The translations under genes were made by a program, and so were the position numbers. Of a stretch of DNA of 64,000 nucleotides, positions 26,499-38,641 are shown in pieces (the first letter of the stretch is position 1; the number at the start of each line of letters is the position of its first letter). A model generated the notes under the pieces. That model made no database searches. It was given only the letters and a program-made list of their open reading frames with translations, and was not told the DNA's origin. Location of the stretch: assembly GCA_964203225.1 (NCBI GenBank), contig CAXNMK010000002.1:673664-737663 (forward strand), written 5' to 3'. The DNA is from Kofleriaceae bacterium. Its GTDB lineage: Bacteria > Myxococcota_A > Polyangia > Haliangiales > Haliangiaceae.

Positions 26499-27542
26499 AT
26501 GGCGAAGATGCAGTTCGGAGACACCTGGGAGAACGTGGTCACGCGCGAGGAGTATCCGCTCGCGCGCGCCAAGGAGACGATGTCTGGCGAGACGATTGCG
26601 ATCGTCGGCTACGGAGTGCAGGGGCCGGGTCAGGCGCAGAACCTCCGCGATAACGGGTTTCGCGTGATCATCGGTCAGCGCTCAGGAGGACGAAGCTACG
26701 ACCGCGCTGTCGCGGACGGGTGGGTCGCCGGTGAGACGCTCTTCGAGATCGAGGAGGCCGCCGAGCGCGCGACGACGATTCAGTATTTGCTCTCGGACGC
26801 CGGGCAGATTTCGATGTGGCCGCGCATCCTGCCGCGCCTCACGGCCGGGAAGTGCCTGTACTTTTCGCACGGATTCGGCATCACTTACCGTGAGCAGACC
26901 GGCATCATCCCGCCGCCAGACGTTGATGTCGTCCTCGTCGCGCCGAAGGGCAGCGGGACCTCGTTGCGTCGGCTGTTTCTCGCAGGCACAGGGCTGAACG
27001 CGAGCTTCGCGGTGTTTCAGGACGCGACGGGCCGCGCGCACGACAGGGCCGTGTCGCTCGGCATCGGCATCGGTTCGGGTTACCTGTTCGAGACCGATTT
27101 CGAGAAGGAGGTATTCTCTGATCTCACCGGTGAACGGGGCGTGCTCATGGGGGCGCTCGCGGGACTGATGGAGGCGCAGTACGCGGTGCTTCGCAAGCAC
27201 GGCCACTCCCCGTCGGAGGCGTTCAACGAGACCGTCGAAGAGCTTACCGAGAGCCTTGTTCCGCTGATCGGCGAGCGCGGAATGGCCTGGATGTTCGCCA
27301 ACACCTCGGTCACCGCACAGCGGGGGGCGCTCGACTGGCGTCACCGATTCCGCGAGGCCGCGGCGCCCGTGTTCGACGAGCTGTACGAGCGCGTCTCGAC
27401 GGGTGAGGAGGCGCGCGTGGTGATCGCGGCGGGAATCGATCCGAACTACCGGGCGAAGCTGGACGCCGAGCTGGCAGGGGTCGCCTCGGCGGAGATCTGG
27501 CGGGCAGGAGATCAGGTGCGCCGCCTGCGGCCCACCAAGTGA
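26499..27542 (+). CDS. ilvC: ketol-acid reductoisomerase
   Basis: IAIVGYGVQGPGQAQNLRDNG Rossmann motif plus the KARI catalytic domain. 347 aa. Confidence 0.9.
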   Translation: MAKMQFGDTWENVVTREEYPLARAKETMSGETIAIVGYGVQGPGQAQNLRDNGFRVIIGQRSGGRSYDRAVADGWVAGETLFEIEEAAERATTIQYLLSDAGQISMWPRILPRLTAGKCLYFSHGFGITYREQTGIIPPPDVDVVLVAPKGSGTSLRRLFLAGTGLNASFAVFQDATGRAHDRAVSLGIGIGSGYLFETDFEKEVFSDLTGERGVLMGALAGLMEAQYAVLRKHGHSPSEAFNETVEELTESLVPLIGERGMAWMFANTSVTAQRGALDWRHRFREAAAPVFDELYERVSTGEEARVVIAAGIDPNYRAKLDAELAGVASAEIWRAGDQVRRLRPTK

Positions 27543-29098
27543 GCCGGGTCGATGCGACCGCGCCCGGGATCGATGAGTATCTGCGTCGATCGCTGCTAGC
27601 TACGGTTTACGACGTGGCTCGGGAGACGCCGCTCGAGCTGGCGCCGAGGCTGTCGGCGAAGCTCGGTCACCAGGTGCTCGTCAAGCGCGAGGATACACAG
27701 CCGATCTTCTCGTTCAAGCTACGAGGGGCGTACAACAAGATGGTGCGGCTGTCGGCCACCGCGCTGGCGCGGGGTGTGGTGGCGGCCTCGGCGGGCAACC
27801 ACGCGCAAGGGGTGGCCCTCGCAGCCACCCGTCTCGGGTCTCGCGCGGTGATCGTGATGCCCCGTACGACGCCTTCGATCAAGGTCGAGGCCGTGCGTGC
27901 GCTCGGGGCCACGGTCACGCTCGTGGGCGATACGCTCGAGCAGGCAGCCGAGCACGCGACGGCGCTCGCGGAGCAGGGCGGTCTGACGTACGTGCATCCT
28001 TACGACGACCCGGACGTGATCGCGGGGCAGGGCACCATCGGAATCGAGTTGCTGCGCCAGTGCCCGGGCCGACTCGATGCCATCTTCGTGCCGGTAGGAG
28101 GCGGCGGGCTCATCGCGGGTATCGGTGCGGTGGTCAAGGCGCTGCGGCCCGAGGTGCGGATCATCGCGGTCGAGCCCGAGGGTGCCGACGCGATGATTCG
28201 ATCGTTGCGCGAGAAGCGGCGGGTCACCCTCGCTGCCGTGAGTCGCTTCGCGGAGGGGGTGGCCGTAAGCGCGCCAGGCGTGGAGACCTTGCGTATCGCC
28301 GAGCGCGTGGTCGACGAGGGCGTGGTGGTCTCGAACGACGAGATTTGCGCGGCGATACGAGACCTCTTCGAGGACCGACGCGCGATGCTCGAACCGTCCG
28401 GCGCTCTCGCGTACGCGGGCATGAAACGTTGGGCGCACGAGCATCCGCAGGTGCGGGGCGCGACGATGATCGCGATCACGTCAGGCGCGAACGTCAACTT
28501 CGACCGCCTGCGATATGTGTCCGAGCGCGCCGACGCGGGAGAGCAGCGCGAGGTCATCTTCGCGGTCACGATTCCTGAAAAAACGGGCAGTTTTCGGCAG
28601 TTTTGTCAGGTGCTAGGCGACCGCCACGTGACCGAGTGCAGCTACCGAATCGCGCAAGGCGCGCGCGCGCAGGTATTCGTTGGGCTTCGCGTCGAGGCGC
28701 GCGATGAGGCAGCGGGTCTGGTCGGGGCGCTTCGTACCGAAGGATACGGCGTCATCGATCTGACCGACAACGAGGTGGCCAAGCTGCACGTGCGACACCT
28801 CGGCGGCGGCCGCGCTCCGCATGTTCGGGACGAGCGGTTGCTGGCGTTTTGGTTCCCCGAGCGGACCGGCGCTCTGGCTCAATTTCTCGCCGCGATGCGC
28901 CATCCATGGAGCATCAGCTTGTTCCATTATCGCAACCACGGCTCGGACTTCGGGCGCGTGCTCGTGGGCCTCGTGGTGCCTCGTGAAGACTCCGCGGCGC
29001 TCGCGGAGTTTCTCGCGGCGCTCGGCTTCGAGTGGTCGGACGTCGGCGACGACCCCGCGTGTCAGACCTTCCTGGGAAGACCGGACGCGCAGGCCTGA
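27539..29098 (+). CDS. ilvA: biosynthetic threonine dehydratase (PLP fold plus two C-terminal regulatory domains)
   Basis: SFKLRGAYNKM PLP-lysine motif. 519 aa. GTG overlaps the ilvC stop (GTGA). Confidence 0.9.
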   Translation: MSRVDATAPGIDEYLRRSLLATVYDVARETPLELAPRLSAKLGHQVLVKREDTQPIFSFKLRGAYNKMVRLSATALARGVVAASAGNHAQGVALAATRLGSRAVIVMPRTTPSIKVEAVRALGATVTLVGDTLEQAAEHATALAEQGGLTYVHPYDDPDVIAGQGTIGIELLRQCPGRLDAIFVPVGGGGLIAGIGAVVKALRPEVRIIAVEPEGADAMIRSLREKRRVTLAAVSRFAEGVAVSAPGVETLRIAERVVDEGVVVSNDEICAAIRDLFEDRRAMLEPSGALAYAGMKRWAHEHPQVRGATMIAITSGANVNFDRLRYVSERADAGEQREVIFAVTIPEKTGSFRQFCQVLGDRHVTECSYRIAQGARAQVFVGLRVEARDEAAGLVGALRTEGYGVIDLTDNEVAKLHVRHLGGGRAPHVRDERLLAFWFPERTGALAQFLAAMRHPWSISLFHYRNHGSDFGRVLVGLVVPREDSAALAEFLAALGFEWSDVGDDPACQTFLGRPDAQA

Positions 29099-29105
29099 GC
29101 CTGCG

Positions 29106-29290
29106 TCAATCGAGCGACTGCGGCGTGACCGCGACGAACGGCGGCGGTGGCCGGGCGAAGAAATATCCCTGCAATAAATCGCACCCCAGATCGACGAGCA
29201 CGTGGGCCTCTGCCGCCGTCTCGCCTCCCTCCGCGACCAGCGTGTTGACGTCGAGCCCGGTGAGCGGTACGTGAGCGACGCGATCCTCAG
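29106..29290 (-). pseudogene. EAL-domain (c-di-GMP phosphodiesterase) C-terminal fragment
   Basis: The reverse-strand peptide ...VPLTGLDVNTLVAEGGETAAEAHVLVDLGCDLLQGYFFARP ends with the EAL signature GCDxxQGYxFxRP. The upstream EAL/GGDEF portion is absent. Confidence 0.45.
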
Positions 29291-29475
29291 GTACCACCGC
29301 GTCTGCGCGCAGACAGCGGAGACCGCGTGCTACTTCGAACGCGGCACGGCGGTGACGCCAGAGGTGTTTCGCGCGCGTAGCACCGCGAACGCACACACGC
29401 ATGACCACCCGGCATCGACCTGGGATCGGACAGCGCCATGGCCCAGCAGCCGGCGTCGTCGATCAGGCCGGCGAC

Positions 29476-30070
29476 CTACGGGACGACCGGGCTGCTCGGC
29501 TGCGGATTCACGATGTGGACGATCTGATGCGCGTGGTCGTTCGCCACGTACGTCAGCACCTTCGCGCCGACCAGGTTGAACGGCGGCGCGGTGACGTCGA
29601 GGTGGCGGTAGCCCCCGACCGCGATGTTGGTGTTGTCCGCGGTCAGCGTCTGCTGGTCGACACCGTTGATGATCAGGACGTGCTTGTACTTGGGGAGTTG
29701 CCGCAGGAACGCGTGGACCGCGCTGGTCGGCAGGTGCTGCAGCACGTGCTTGGAGATCAACAGATCGGCGGCCGGCAGGTCGGTCTCGAGGATGTTGCCG
29801 GCGAAGAACTGGATGGTCGGCTTGCCGAACCGGGCGCGATCGCGCTCGATGACGTCGCCGACGATATCGTAGCCTTTGTAGTCGATGCCGCTCCAGTCGA
29901 TCGCCTGCGAGAACTCCCAGTCCCCACACCCCGCGTCCACCACCGAGGTGATGCGCCGGTCCGCGAGGAACTGCTGGAGGAACGTCCGGTAGACGAAGCA
30001 CTCCGACCCGCGACGCCACCGCGCGCCCCGATCGAACAGACCTCGCTTGCTGGCGAGCCCGTGCGCCACA
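29476..30070 (-). CDS. class I SAM-dependent methyltransferase
   Basis: Motif I VVDAGCGDWEF, then ...GYDIVGDVIERDRARFG...ISKHVLQHLP. The start is uncertain (a GTG at 30070 is chosen). The long ORF 29476..30510 has an implausible N-terminus. Confidence 0.6.
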
Positions 30071-30675
30071 CCGCGCAGCTCAAGCTCGTCGCCGACGTCC
30101 TCCGGATCGTCTGCGCGAACATGGACGCCGACCTCGCGGCGGTGCGGGCGGTTCACCTCGGGCGGCCGCGGGAGGCGATGAAGGTCCTCGCGAACCTGTT
30201 CGCGGCTCCAGGCAAGGTCGCCGTCACCGACGTATCCATCCGGGTCCGCCTCGCCCCCGCGGCGAATCCATCGGAGCGTACGGCGATCGGACAGGTTCTC
30301 ACTGCCATCAACCAGCGCGCGCTGGTCCTGCCCTGTGATCCGAAGCGCCTTCCGCTCCGCTTCGAACTCCAACCCTTGTGAACACTCCGTAATCAACCCT
30401 GGTGCTCGAGGAGACCCTGCGCTGCGACCCCACCAAGACCGCCGCGATCCACGCGCTCGGCACGCGCGACGATGTGAAGCTGCTCGAGCAGCTCGCGCCA
30501 TCGGTTCCACGCTGACGCGGTCAGCGGTCGCGTGGCGGTGCAGCGGTCGTCGCGCGCGCCGTACCCGCGGCCGTGGTCGTGCGCGCGTCGAGGTCCTCGC
30601 GGGCGATCGCGCGGACGGCTGTCATGACGATCGAGACCGCAACCAGCCCGAGGACGAAGATCGGCCAGTCGACCA

Positions 30676-30861
30676 TCAGCGCACCGTCCGGTTTGCGAGC
30701 AACAGCGTTCCCAGCGACAGGATCGACGGCACCCAGAGCCCGACGTACAACCCTTGCTCCTTGTGCCCCGAGAACCACAGACCCACGGACGCGACGAACG
30801 ATAATCCTGCCGCAGCGCAGAAGATCACTTGAGAACGGCTGAATCGCGGAACTTCAATCAT
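30676..30861 (-). CDS. small hypothetical two-helix membrane protein
   Basis: 61-aa ORF MIEVPRFSRSQVIFCAAAGLSFVASVGLWFSGHKEQGLYVGLWVPSILSLGTLLLANRTVR with two hydrophobic helices. A second overlapping hydrophobic ORF (30521..30778) suggests a possible frameshift. Confidence 0.3.
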   Translation of the reverse strand: MIEVPRFSRSQVIFCAAAGLSFVASVGLWFSGHKEQGLYVGLWVPSILSLGTLLLANRTVR

Positions 30862-30940
30862 GGTACTATGACGATGCGATCACCTCGCGCGTTACCGTCC
30901 ATCGCACGTCGACCGGCGTCACCCTCTGTGCCAATGCTGC

Positions 30941-31459
30941 TTGAGACAGCCGCTCCTCGAGGACGCTGTAGCGAGTGGCGGAGAATGGTCCCACGTTCGT
31001 GCCCTCGGCATCCTCGCGTTGTTCCTCCCCATGGTCACGGTCGAGGGCGGCCTCGTGACGGCCTCGATCAGCGCGTTTCAGATCATCAAGGGCCTCGACG
31101 AGGTCACCGTCCATTTCGACGACAAGGACCTCAAGGTGGCCGTCGCGGACGTCATCTCGTCGGCCGCCGAGACCAACGAGGGGCTGGCCTCGATGAAGTG
31201 GATCGTCATGGCGGTCCTCGCGCCGGCGCTGCTGCTGGTCCTGATCGGTGGCCTCGCGGTCAAGAACCAGCGGTTCGGCCGCGGCGTGGGCATCCTGGTC
31301 TTGCGGATCGGGCTGGTCGTCCTGGGCCTCGGTTCGATCATGTTCAGCGCGGCGGGCAAGGACGGCGGCATCGCCCTGACCCTGCTCCTCGTCACCGGCA
31401 TCTCCGGCGTGGTCGGTGGCCTGCTCGCGCTGGTCATGCCCGAGCCCGCTGCCGCGTAG
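30941..31459 (+). CDS. hypothetical integral membrane protein
   Basis: Four hydrophobic segments, for example MKWIVMAVLAPALLLVLIGGLAV and GIALTLLLVTGISGVVGGLLALV. The start is uncertain (TTG 30941 or an internal ATG). Confidence 0.5.
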   Translation: MRQPLLEDAVASGGEWSHVRALGILALFLPMVTVEGGLVTASISAFQIIKGLDEVTVHFDDKDLKVAVADVISSAAETNEGLASMKWIVMAVLAPALLLVLIGGLAVKNQRFGRGVGILVLRIGLVVLGLGSIMFSAAGKDGGIALTLLLVTGISGVVGGLLALVMPEPAAA

Positions 31460-31704
31460 CATCCGCGCCGGTTCGCTCCTCCGGACGGGCCGCGGCTCCA
31501 GCAGGGACCGAGCGCGGGGCTGCCGCTCGCCACAGTCCGTGGTCTCCGCGCCCGCTGCGGAAGCCGCGCGGCTCACGATCTCCGCGGGTTCACCGGGTCA
31601 GCTCCCCGCCGGTCCAGGTGGTCATCGGCATCATCGCCGCGTCGAGGTCACGCGCCGAGTCGGCGTGGGGCGCGCAGAACTAAGGGCTGGTGCTGCTGCT
31701 CGTG

Positions 31705-31904
31705 TGAGATCGTCGGCGGTGTCCGCGCCTCGTCCCGCCATCTCGGTCGTGATCCCGGCCAACAACGAGGACGCGCGGCTGGGCCCGGTGGTGACCGCGA
31801 TCCGCGACCACCTGGTGGCGCGCGGCGGCTACGCCGACTGGGCCGATCCGCAGAACGGCATGTTCTCGCCGGTCAACTGGCTGGGCTGGCTCGATCGCCG
31901 GTGA
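31705..31904 (+). pseudogene. family-2 glycosyltransferase N-terminal fragment
   Basis: The peptide ISVVIPANNEDARLGPVVTAIRDHL is the classic GT2 N-terminal beta1-alphaA motif. The ORF terminates after about 65 aa. Confidence 0.4.
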
Positions 31905-31969
31905 GCGCCACACGCCACCCACCTGCCTGGCGTTCCTGCGCCGCGGCGTCTCGTGAGAGGCTGCCGCGG

Positions 31970-32203
31970 ATGGGCAAGGCCTGGCTGCTCGGCGCGATCG
32001 CGATGGCGGCGGTCGGCTGCAAGAAGGACGAGCCGGCGGCCGCTCCAAAACCGCAACCGCCACCGGTCGATGCGACGGGGGCCCGTGCCGCCGCCAAGGA
32101 CAGGGGGGAAGCTACGCCCACCGCCTGCCCGCGCACCCCAAAATGCGGAGCCGACTGGCCTCGGGGTACTTTCGCGATCCGCCGGACAGGCCCATCGTGC
32201 TGA
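31970..32203 (+). CDS. small lipoprotein (77 aa)
   Basis: MGKAWLLGAIAMAAVGCKKDEP lipobox followed by a Pro/Ala-rich sequence. Confidence 0.45.
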   Translation: MGKAWLLGAIAMAAVGCKKDEPAAAPKPQPPPVDATGARAAAKDRGEATPTACPRTPKCGADWPRGTFAIRRTGPSC

Positions 32204-32454
32204 GTATTTACCAGCCGCAGATGCACCCTTCTGCGCCCGAGCAGCAAACGCCGCTTGCCGGGGTCGTAGAACGGCGCCAAGCCACGGGTGGCGCGTCGTG
32301 CCAGTCCCCTGGGCTGAGAGGGCGGGCGGACGCCGGGGACCGGAGAGGCTTGCGCGGACTCTGTACTTGTCAGCCCGGACTTGGCCGTAGTATATGCCCC
32401 AGGCAGCAGGGCGGGATTGGATCCTGCCTTGGCTTCCACCTGAAGCACACCCTG

Positions 32455-33312
32455 ATGACAAGGAACGTTCCGATGAACGCCAAATTCCCCTCCGCGATGT
32501 GCGCCGTGCTGGCGACCCTGGTGCTGACCGCTGCCCCCGCCTTTGCCGCCGCACCCGACAAGGTTCAGGTCTGCCATCGAACCAACGGCAAGCCGCAGAC
32601 CATCGTCATCCACGTCGGCGCCCGTGCGGTGCCCGCTCACGAGGCCCACGGCGACCACGTCGTGGCCGCCGAGGCATGCGGAGACGGCGTCGACAACGAT
32701 TGCGACGGACTGGTCGACGAGGACTGCAGCGGCCAGTGCACGCCCTGGACGTCCTTCACCGACACCTTTACGTCCGGCGCAAGTTCCGCGTGGGACATGT
32801 CGTTCGGCACCCTCACGCCGGACAATGGCCAGGTGTGCGCGGACGAGCAGGCAGTGCTCCTGCGCTCGTGCATCAGCTCGGCGCCGACGTGGACGGTCAG
32901 CTTCGACTTCGTGGCCAGTGACGCATCGGGGCGGGAGGCGTACGCGCTGTTCACGACCGGCACAGACCTGTTCAGCGGCGGGGAGACCTACCTTCTCGGC
33001 TGCAACGGAGGCGCCAACGACCCGACGACCGGCCAGTCGACCTGCTTCCTGGGCATCGGAAGCCTGCAGAATGGCCCGCTCGCCACCTCGGTCTTCGCCA
33101 ACCTCGCCGTCGGTGTGACCTACCACATGGTGGCCACCACCGACGCCACGGGCGCCCTCGCGGTCGAGATCTACCAGGGCAACACGCTCCTCGTCGGTCT
33201 GGCCGCTGACACGGGCAGCCCGATTGCCGTCGCCGCCGCTGGCTTCCTGGTCGGCCGCAACGCCGACGGCAACCTGACCTGCGCCGACAACGTCACCATC
33301 AGCGCCAACTAG
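32455..33312 (+). CDS. secreted hypothetical protein with acidic CDGLVDEDC calcium-binding-like motif
   Basis: Signal peptide MNAKFPSAMCAVLATLVLTAAPAFAAAP, then GDGVDNDCDGLVDEDCSG and a beta-rich domain. Alternative start at ATG 32473. Confidence 0.65.
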   Translation: MTRNVPMNAKFPSAMCAVLATLVLTAAPAFAAAPDKVQVCHRTNGKPQTIVIHVGARAVPAHEAHGDHVVAAEACGDGVDNDCDGLVDEDCSGQCTPWTSFTDTFTSGASSAWDMSFGTLTPDNGQVCADEQAVLLRSCISSAPTWTVSFDFVASDASGREAYALFTTGTDLFSGGETYLLGCNGGANDPTTGQSTCFLGIGSLQNGPLATSVFANLAVGVTYHMVATTDATGALAVEIYQGNTLLVGLAADTGSPIAVAAAGFLVGRNADGNLTCADNVTISAN

Positions 33313-33610
33313 GTCCACGGACAGGGCCACCCTCGTCGCGGCGCGCCGCCCTGGCCGACCTTTGCCGGTCGCCGCTACCGCGGCGGTTCCCACTGGCGAA
33401 GGCATCGTCGCGATTCGCTGACCGCCTCAAGGCCTCTGGCCCGCAGACGATCGGCTCCCATCGAGGGTCAGGGAGTGACCGGAGCCGGTGAAACGGGCCG
33501 GATCCGTCCCTGCGGTGGGCTCGTGATGGACCTGGCCTCAGCGAGAACTGCGAACGGCAGCAACGGTGGGCTGGTGGTTCCTACGCCATCCAGTCTGCTG
33601 ACGGGCTGCC

Positions 33611-33937
33611 GTGCGCATCAAGATGCTTCTCCGCGTACTGCTCGGGCTGGAATCCACCCGCGTGGTCGCTGTCACGTTCGTGGACGACGGGCTTCAGGTC
33701 GACGTGGCACCCACGTGGCGCACGCCGCGCTGCTCGGGCTGCGGCCACAACTGCCCGGGCTACGACCGGCAGCGCGACCGGCGCTGGCGCCACCTGGACC
33801 TCGCGGGCATGAAGTTCCATCTGCGGTACGGCACCCGGCGGGTCGACTGCTCGCGGTGTGGCGTTGTTCTGGCTCGGGCTCTGCGGGCCCAGTTCGAGGC
33901 CCATGTCTCGCGCTCGCATCGTGAGATCTCCGGCTGA
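33611..33937 (+). mobile_element. ISL3-family transposase N-terminal zinc-finger fragment
   Basis: The peptide MLLRVLLGLESTRVVAVTFVDDGLQVDVAPTWRTPRCSGCGHNCPGYDRQRDRRWRHLDLAGMKFHLRYGTRRVDCSRCGV has the LLGL...CxxCG...RxxRDL...RRxxCxxCG pattern of ISL3 transposase N-termini. The remainder of the transposase is missing. Confidence 0.5.
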
Positions 33938-34136
33938 AGAATCCGTAGGCGTCGAGGCCAGGGTGAGACGAGACGGACGGGTTGCGCAGAACGTCATGCG
34001 CGGATCGACGACGCGCGTTCGGCGGAAGAGGGTAGGAGTCCCGGCGCCGCAGGCCTACCATCCTCACCGTCCAGGAGCTGCACAAGCGGTTCGGCAATCG
34101 CGTCGTGCTCGAGGGCGTGTCATTCGCCGCTCCGGG

Positions 34137-34178
34137 TGATCTGATCTCGCGCCATCCGCGCTGGCCGAACTCCCTGTC
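34137..34178. repeat. copy B of the dispersed ~43-bp repeat (see 20243-20285); preceded by an ABC-transporter ATPase N-terminal fragment (about 34058-34150)
   Basis: TGATCTGATCTCGCGCCATCCGCGCTGGCCGAACTCCCTGTC. The upstream peptide LTVQELHKRFGNRVVLEGVSFAAPGD is a typical ABC ATPase start, truncated. Confidence 0.5.
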
Positions 34179-34237
34179 AGCGCCGCCTGGGATCCGCACG
34201 GGCGGCGTTGGCGGCGACAACCGTCATGCAGTCCAGG

Positions 34238-35595
<1,358 letters not shown>

Positions 35596-35599
<4 letters not shown>

Positions 35600-37428
35600 G
35601 AGATGTTGGGTATCACGAGCCGAAACTCGGCGCCACGACCGTCTGGAGGGGCGCCGACCTCGATCGAGCCACCGACGGTCGTGATCAGGTGCCTGCACAC
35701 CGCGAGGCCGAGGCCCGTGCCCACGCCCGCCGCCTTGGTGGTGAAGAACGGATCGAACACGCGCGCGCGATCGGCCACCGGGACGCCGGGGCCTTCGTCG
35801 CGCACGGTGATCGCGGTGGCGATGCCGCCCGGTGCGGGCGCGACGGTCAGCGTGATCGTCCTGCCGCCACCGTCGGCGTCCGGATCGAGCGTCTGCATCA
35901 TCGCCTGCGCCGCGTTCTGGACGAGGTTGACGAGAACTTGTTGCAGCGCGTGCGCCTCGATCGCGACCGGCGTGCTCGAGCGGACGTCAGTGACCAGGCG
36001 CGCGCGGGCACGCTTGAGCTGCGGCTCGAGCAGCGCGCCGACGTGCTTGACCACCGCGGCGGGCTCGGTCGCGGGCGGGGCCTCGGCGCGGCTCGCGGCG
36101 TCGCTCAGCGTCGGCGAACTCGGGCGCGGCGTGCGCGCGTACTCGAGCAACCCGCCGATGATCTTCTTCATCCGGTCGGCCTCGTCGGCGATCAGCTCGA
36201 GGCCCGCGCGGTCGGGGTGGCCGTCGGGCTTGTCCTCGAGTAGCAGCTTTGCGTAGCCAAGCACGGTGGTCAGCGGGTTGTTGATCTCGTGGGCGACCTG
36301 CGCGGACATCACGCCCACCGAGGCCAGCCGGTCGCCGCGCGCCAGTGCGCTCTGCAGCTCGTGGCGCTCGGCGATCCGGCGCGCCATGTCGTCGATGCGC
36401 TGGCCGAGCACGCCGATCTCGCCGGGCCCTGCGATCGGCGGGCCGGGCTCGGAGCTACCGGCCGCGATCGCATCGGCGCGGCGGGCGAGGGCGGCGAGCG
36501 GGCGGGTCAGGCGGGTTGCGAACCACACACCGAGCGCGAGGGCGAGGGCGACGGCGATGCCGCCGATCAGCAGCGTGTCGCGGGTGGTGCGGCGGGCGAG
36601 GGCGTACGCCTCGCGCTCGGGCTGCTGGTGCAGGATCGCCCACCGCACGCCGCGCAGCGACTGGTAGCTCGACAGGTTGCGGTACGCGCTGACCCAGCCG
36701 TCCGCCGACAGCGTGCCCTCGACCGACGAGCCGAGTGCGCGCGCGACCGCGGGATCCGAGCCGGCCAGCGAGCTCGCGCCGGCCGGGGCACCATCGCTGG
36801 TCGCGACCGGGACGCCGGTGCCGTCGACGACGACGACGCGTGCGCCGGGCCCGAGCCGCGCTGCGGCGAGCAGGTCGCGCACGAACCCGAGATCGAGCGA
36901 CGCGACGAACACGCCGATCAGCTCGCCCGTGCGGCCGCGAGCCTGCACCACGAGCTGCACCACCGTGCGGCCGCCGCTGCGCACCGCGTCCCCGACGTAG
37001 CCGCCGAAGCTGTGCGAGCCGATGTCCGCGCCCGGCGGCACCGGATCGCCGTAGCGCAGCGTGCCGTCGGGATCGAGGATCGACAGCGCGTGGACGATCG
37101 GCACCTGCCGGCGCAGCCGGCGCAGCAGCAGCTCGGTCTCGCGGACGTCGTCGGGCGCGTCGGCCCAGGTCGCCGCCCCCAGCTCCACCGTGCGCCGCGC
37201 GTCCTGCAGCGTGCCGTCGAGCGCGGCGCCGAGGGCGCGGATGTGGGCGAGCGCGCCGCGGATCACCTCGCGCTGGACGTCGGCCCGGGCGCGCCCGATC
37301 GCGAGCGCCCCGACGATCAGCGTGGGCACGAGCGCGGCGAGCGTGAGCACGAGCAGCACGCGCCACCGCAGCGACGACGGGCGCGGCGGGGCAGGGGGCG
37401 GCGCGGGGACCTGCTCGTCGTCGCTCAC
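35596..37428 (-). CDS. sensor histidine kinase with periplasmic sensor domain, HAMP, HisKA and HATPase_c
   Basis: Two transmembrane helices flank a ~300-aa periplasmic region. H-box SAQVAHEINNPLTTVLGY and G-box GTGLGLAVCRHLITTVGGSIEV. GTG at 37428 overlaps the stop of the upstream binding-protein gene, and its own stop overlaps the regulator start. Confidence 0.8.
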
Positions 37429-38564
37429 GGCGCCTCCGGCGTCAGGCGCTGCCAGCCGCGCCGCACGCCGTCGATCGCCTCGGCGGGCATGGCCTCGCCG
37501 GCGACCACGGCGGCGAGCGCGGGGTTGAGGTCGTCGAACAGCAGGGGCGTTTGTGGCTCGCGCGGCAGCATCCGCGCGTCGGCGAGCGCCGCGTACGCCG
37601 CGCGCACCAGCGGCGGCGCCCCGGCGAGCGCGGACACCCGCGTCGGGATCGTGCGGAACGCCTGCGCGAGCTGCACCGCGACCGGCACGCTCGCGAGCTC
37701 CGTGGCCAGCCTCCAGCCCTCGGCGGGGCGCGCCGCACACGCGGGGACCACCAGCAGCTGCCCGCCCCGGGGCGCGCCCGCGAGCGGGCTCAGCGCCACG
37801 CGGTCGGCGTCGCGCAGCGCGCCGAGCTGCCACGGCCCGGTGACCCAGTACGCGACCTCGTGGGCGGCCCACCGCCGCAGCTCGTCGGGCGCCTCGGCGC
37901 CGGCCGGTGGCGGCGGGGCGGCCACATCGTCGAACAGCGCCGCGAACTGCGCGAGCGCCCGCGCGGCGCCCTCGCCCTCGATCGCGCCGAGCGCGAGGTC
38001 CGCGCCCTCGGCGCGCAGCCACGGGATCAGCCAGTAGCCGTCGACGCGCACGCCCAGCGGGTGGCGCCGCCCCTCGCTGCGGGCCGCCCGCGCGGCGGCG
38101 ATCAGGTCGGCGAGGGCGGGGCTGGCCGGCGCCGGCGCCGCCGCGTCGCGCACGACCATCAGCCCGTCCACGGCCTGCGGCACGCCCCACCAGGTCCCGC
38201 CCTGCTGGGCGAGGGCCGCCGCCTCCAGCGTCCAGTCGAGCGCGGCGAGCACGGCGGGCACCGGCGTCAGGCGCGGGGCGAGGCCGGGCAGCCAGGTCGC
38301 GTCGATCCGGATCAGGTCCGGGCAGCCGGTCCCGGTGGCGAGGATCGCCGCGATCACCTGCTGGCCGCGCGCGAACGGCACCAGCGACGCATCGACCGCG
38401 AGCCCGCGGTCCGCCGCGATCGTGTTGAACAGCTCGGTCTCGTCGGGCGAGAACGTGTGGAGGAACCGGATCGGCGTCGGACCATCGCCCGGCGTCCGGC
38501 CACACGCCCCCCCCGCCACGGCGAGCGCCGCGGCGCACGCGACCACGCGGGGGACGGCGACCAC
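37425..38564 (-). CDS. periplasmic solute-binding lipoprotein (ABC-type SBP family 1-like), first gene of a three-gene sensing operon
   Basis: Lipobox VVACAAALAVAGGAC. The content is that of a sugar-binding-protein-like bilobal fold, with a WLIPW motif. It is translationally coupled to the kinase. Confidence 0.7.
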   Translation of the reverse strand: MVAVPRVVACAAALAVAGGACGRTPGDGPTPIRFLHTFSPDETELFNTIAADRGLAVDASLVPFARGQQVIAAILATGTGCPDLIRIDATWLPGLAPRLTPVPAVLAALDWTLEAAALAQQGGTWWGVPQAVDGLMVVRDAAAPAPASPALADLIAAARAARSEGRRHPLGVRVDGYWLIPWLRAEGADLALGAIEGEGAARALAQFAALFDDVAAPPPPAGAEAPDELRRWAAHEVAYWVTGPWQLGALRDADRVALSPLAGAPRGGQLLVVPACAARPAEGWRLATELASVPVAVQLAQAFRTIPTRVSALAGAPPLVRAAYAALADARMLPREPQTPLLFDDLNPALAAVVAGEAMPAEAIDGVRRGWQRLTPEAP

Positions 38565-38641
38565 GGCGCCACTGTGCGGGAGGTGCCGCGTGTTATCAAC
38601 GCCTGCGATGACGGCCCCGGTGGTGAATCGATGGTGAACCG

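Noticed and set aside
37429-38538. N-terminal extension of the histidine-kinase ORF 35596..38538 over the binding-protein gene
   Set aside because: It is a different frame from the well-supported lipoprotein gene and consists of Arg/Gly/Ala runs. The kinase starts at the GTG overlapping the lipoprotein stop.
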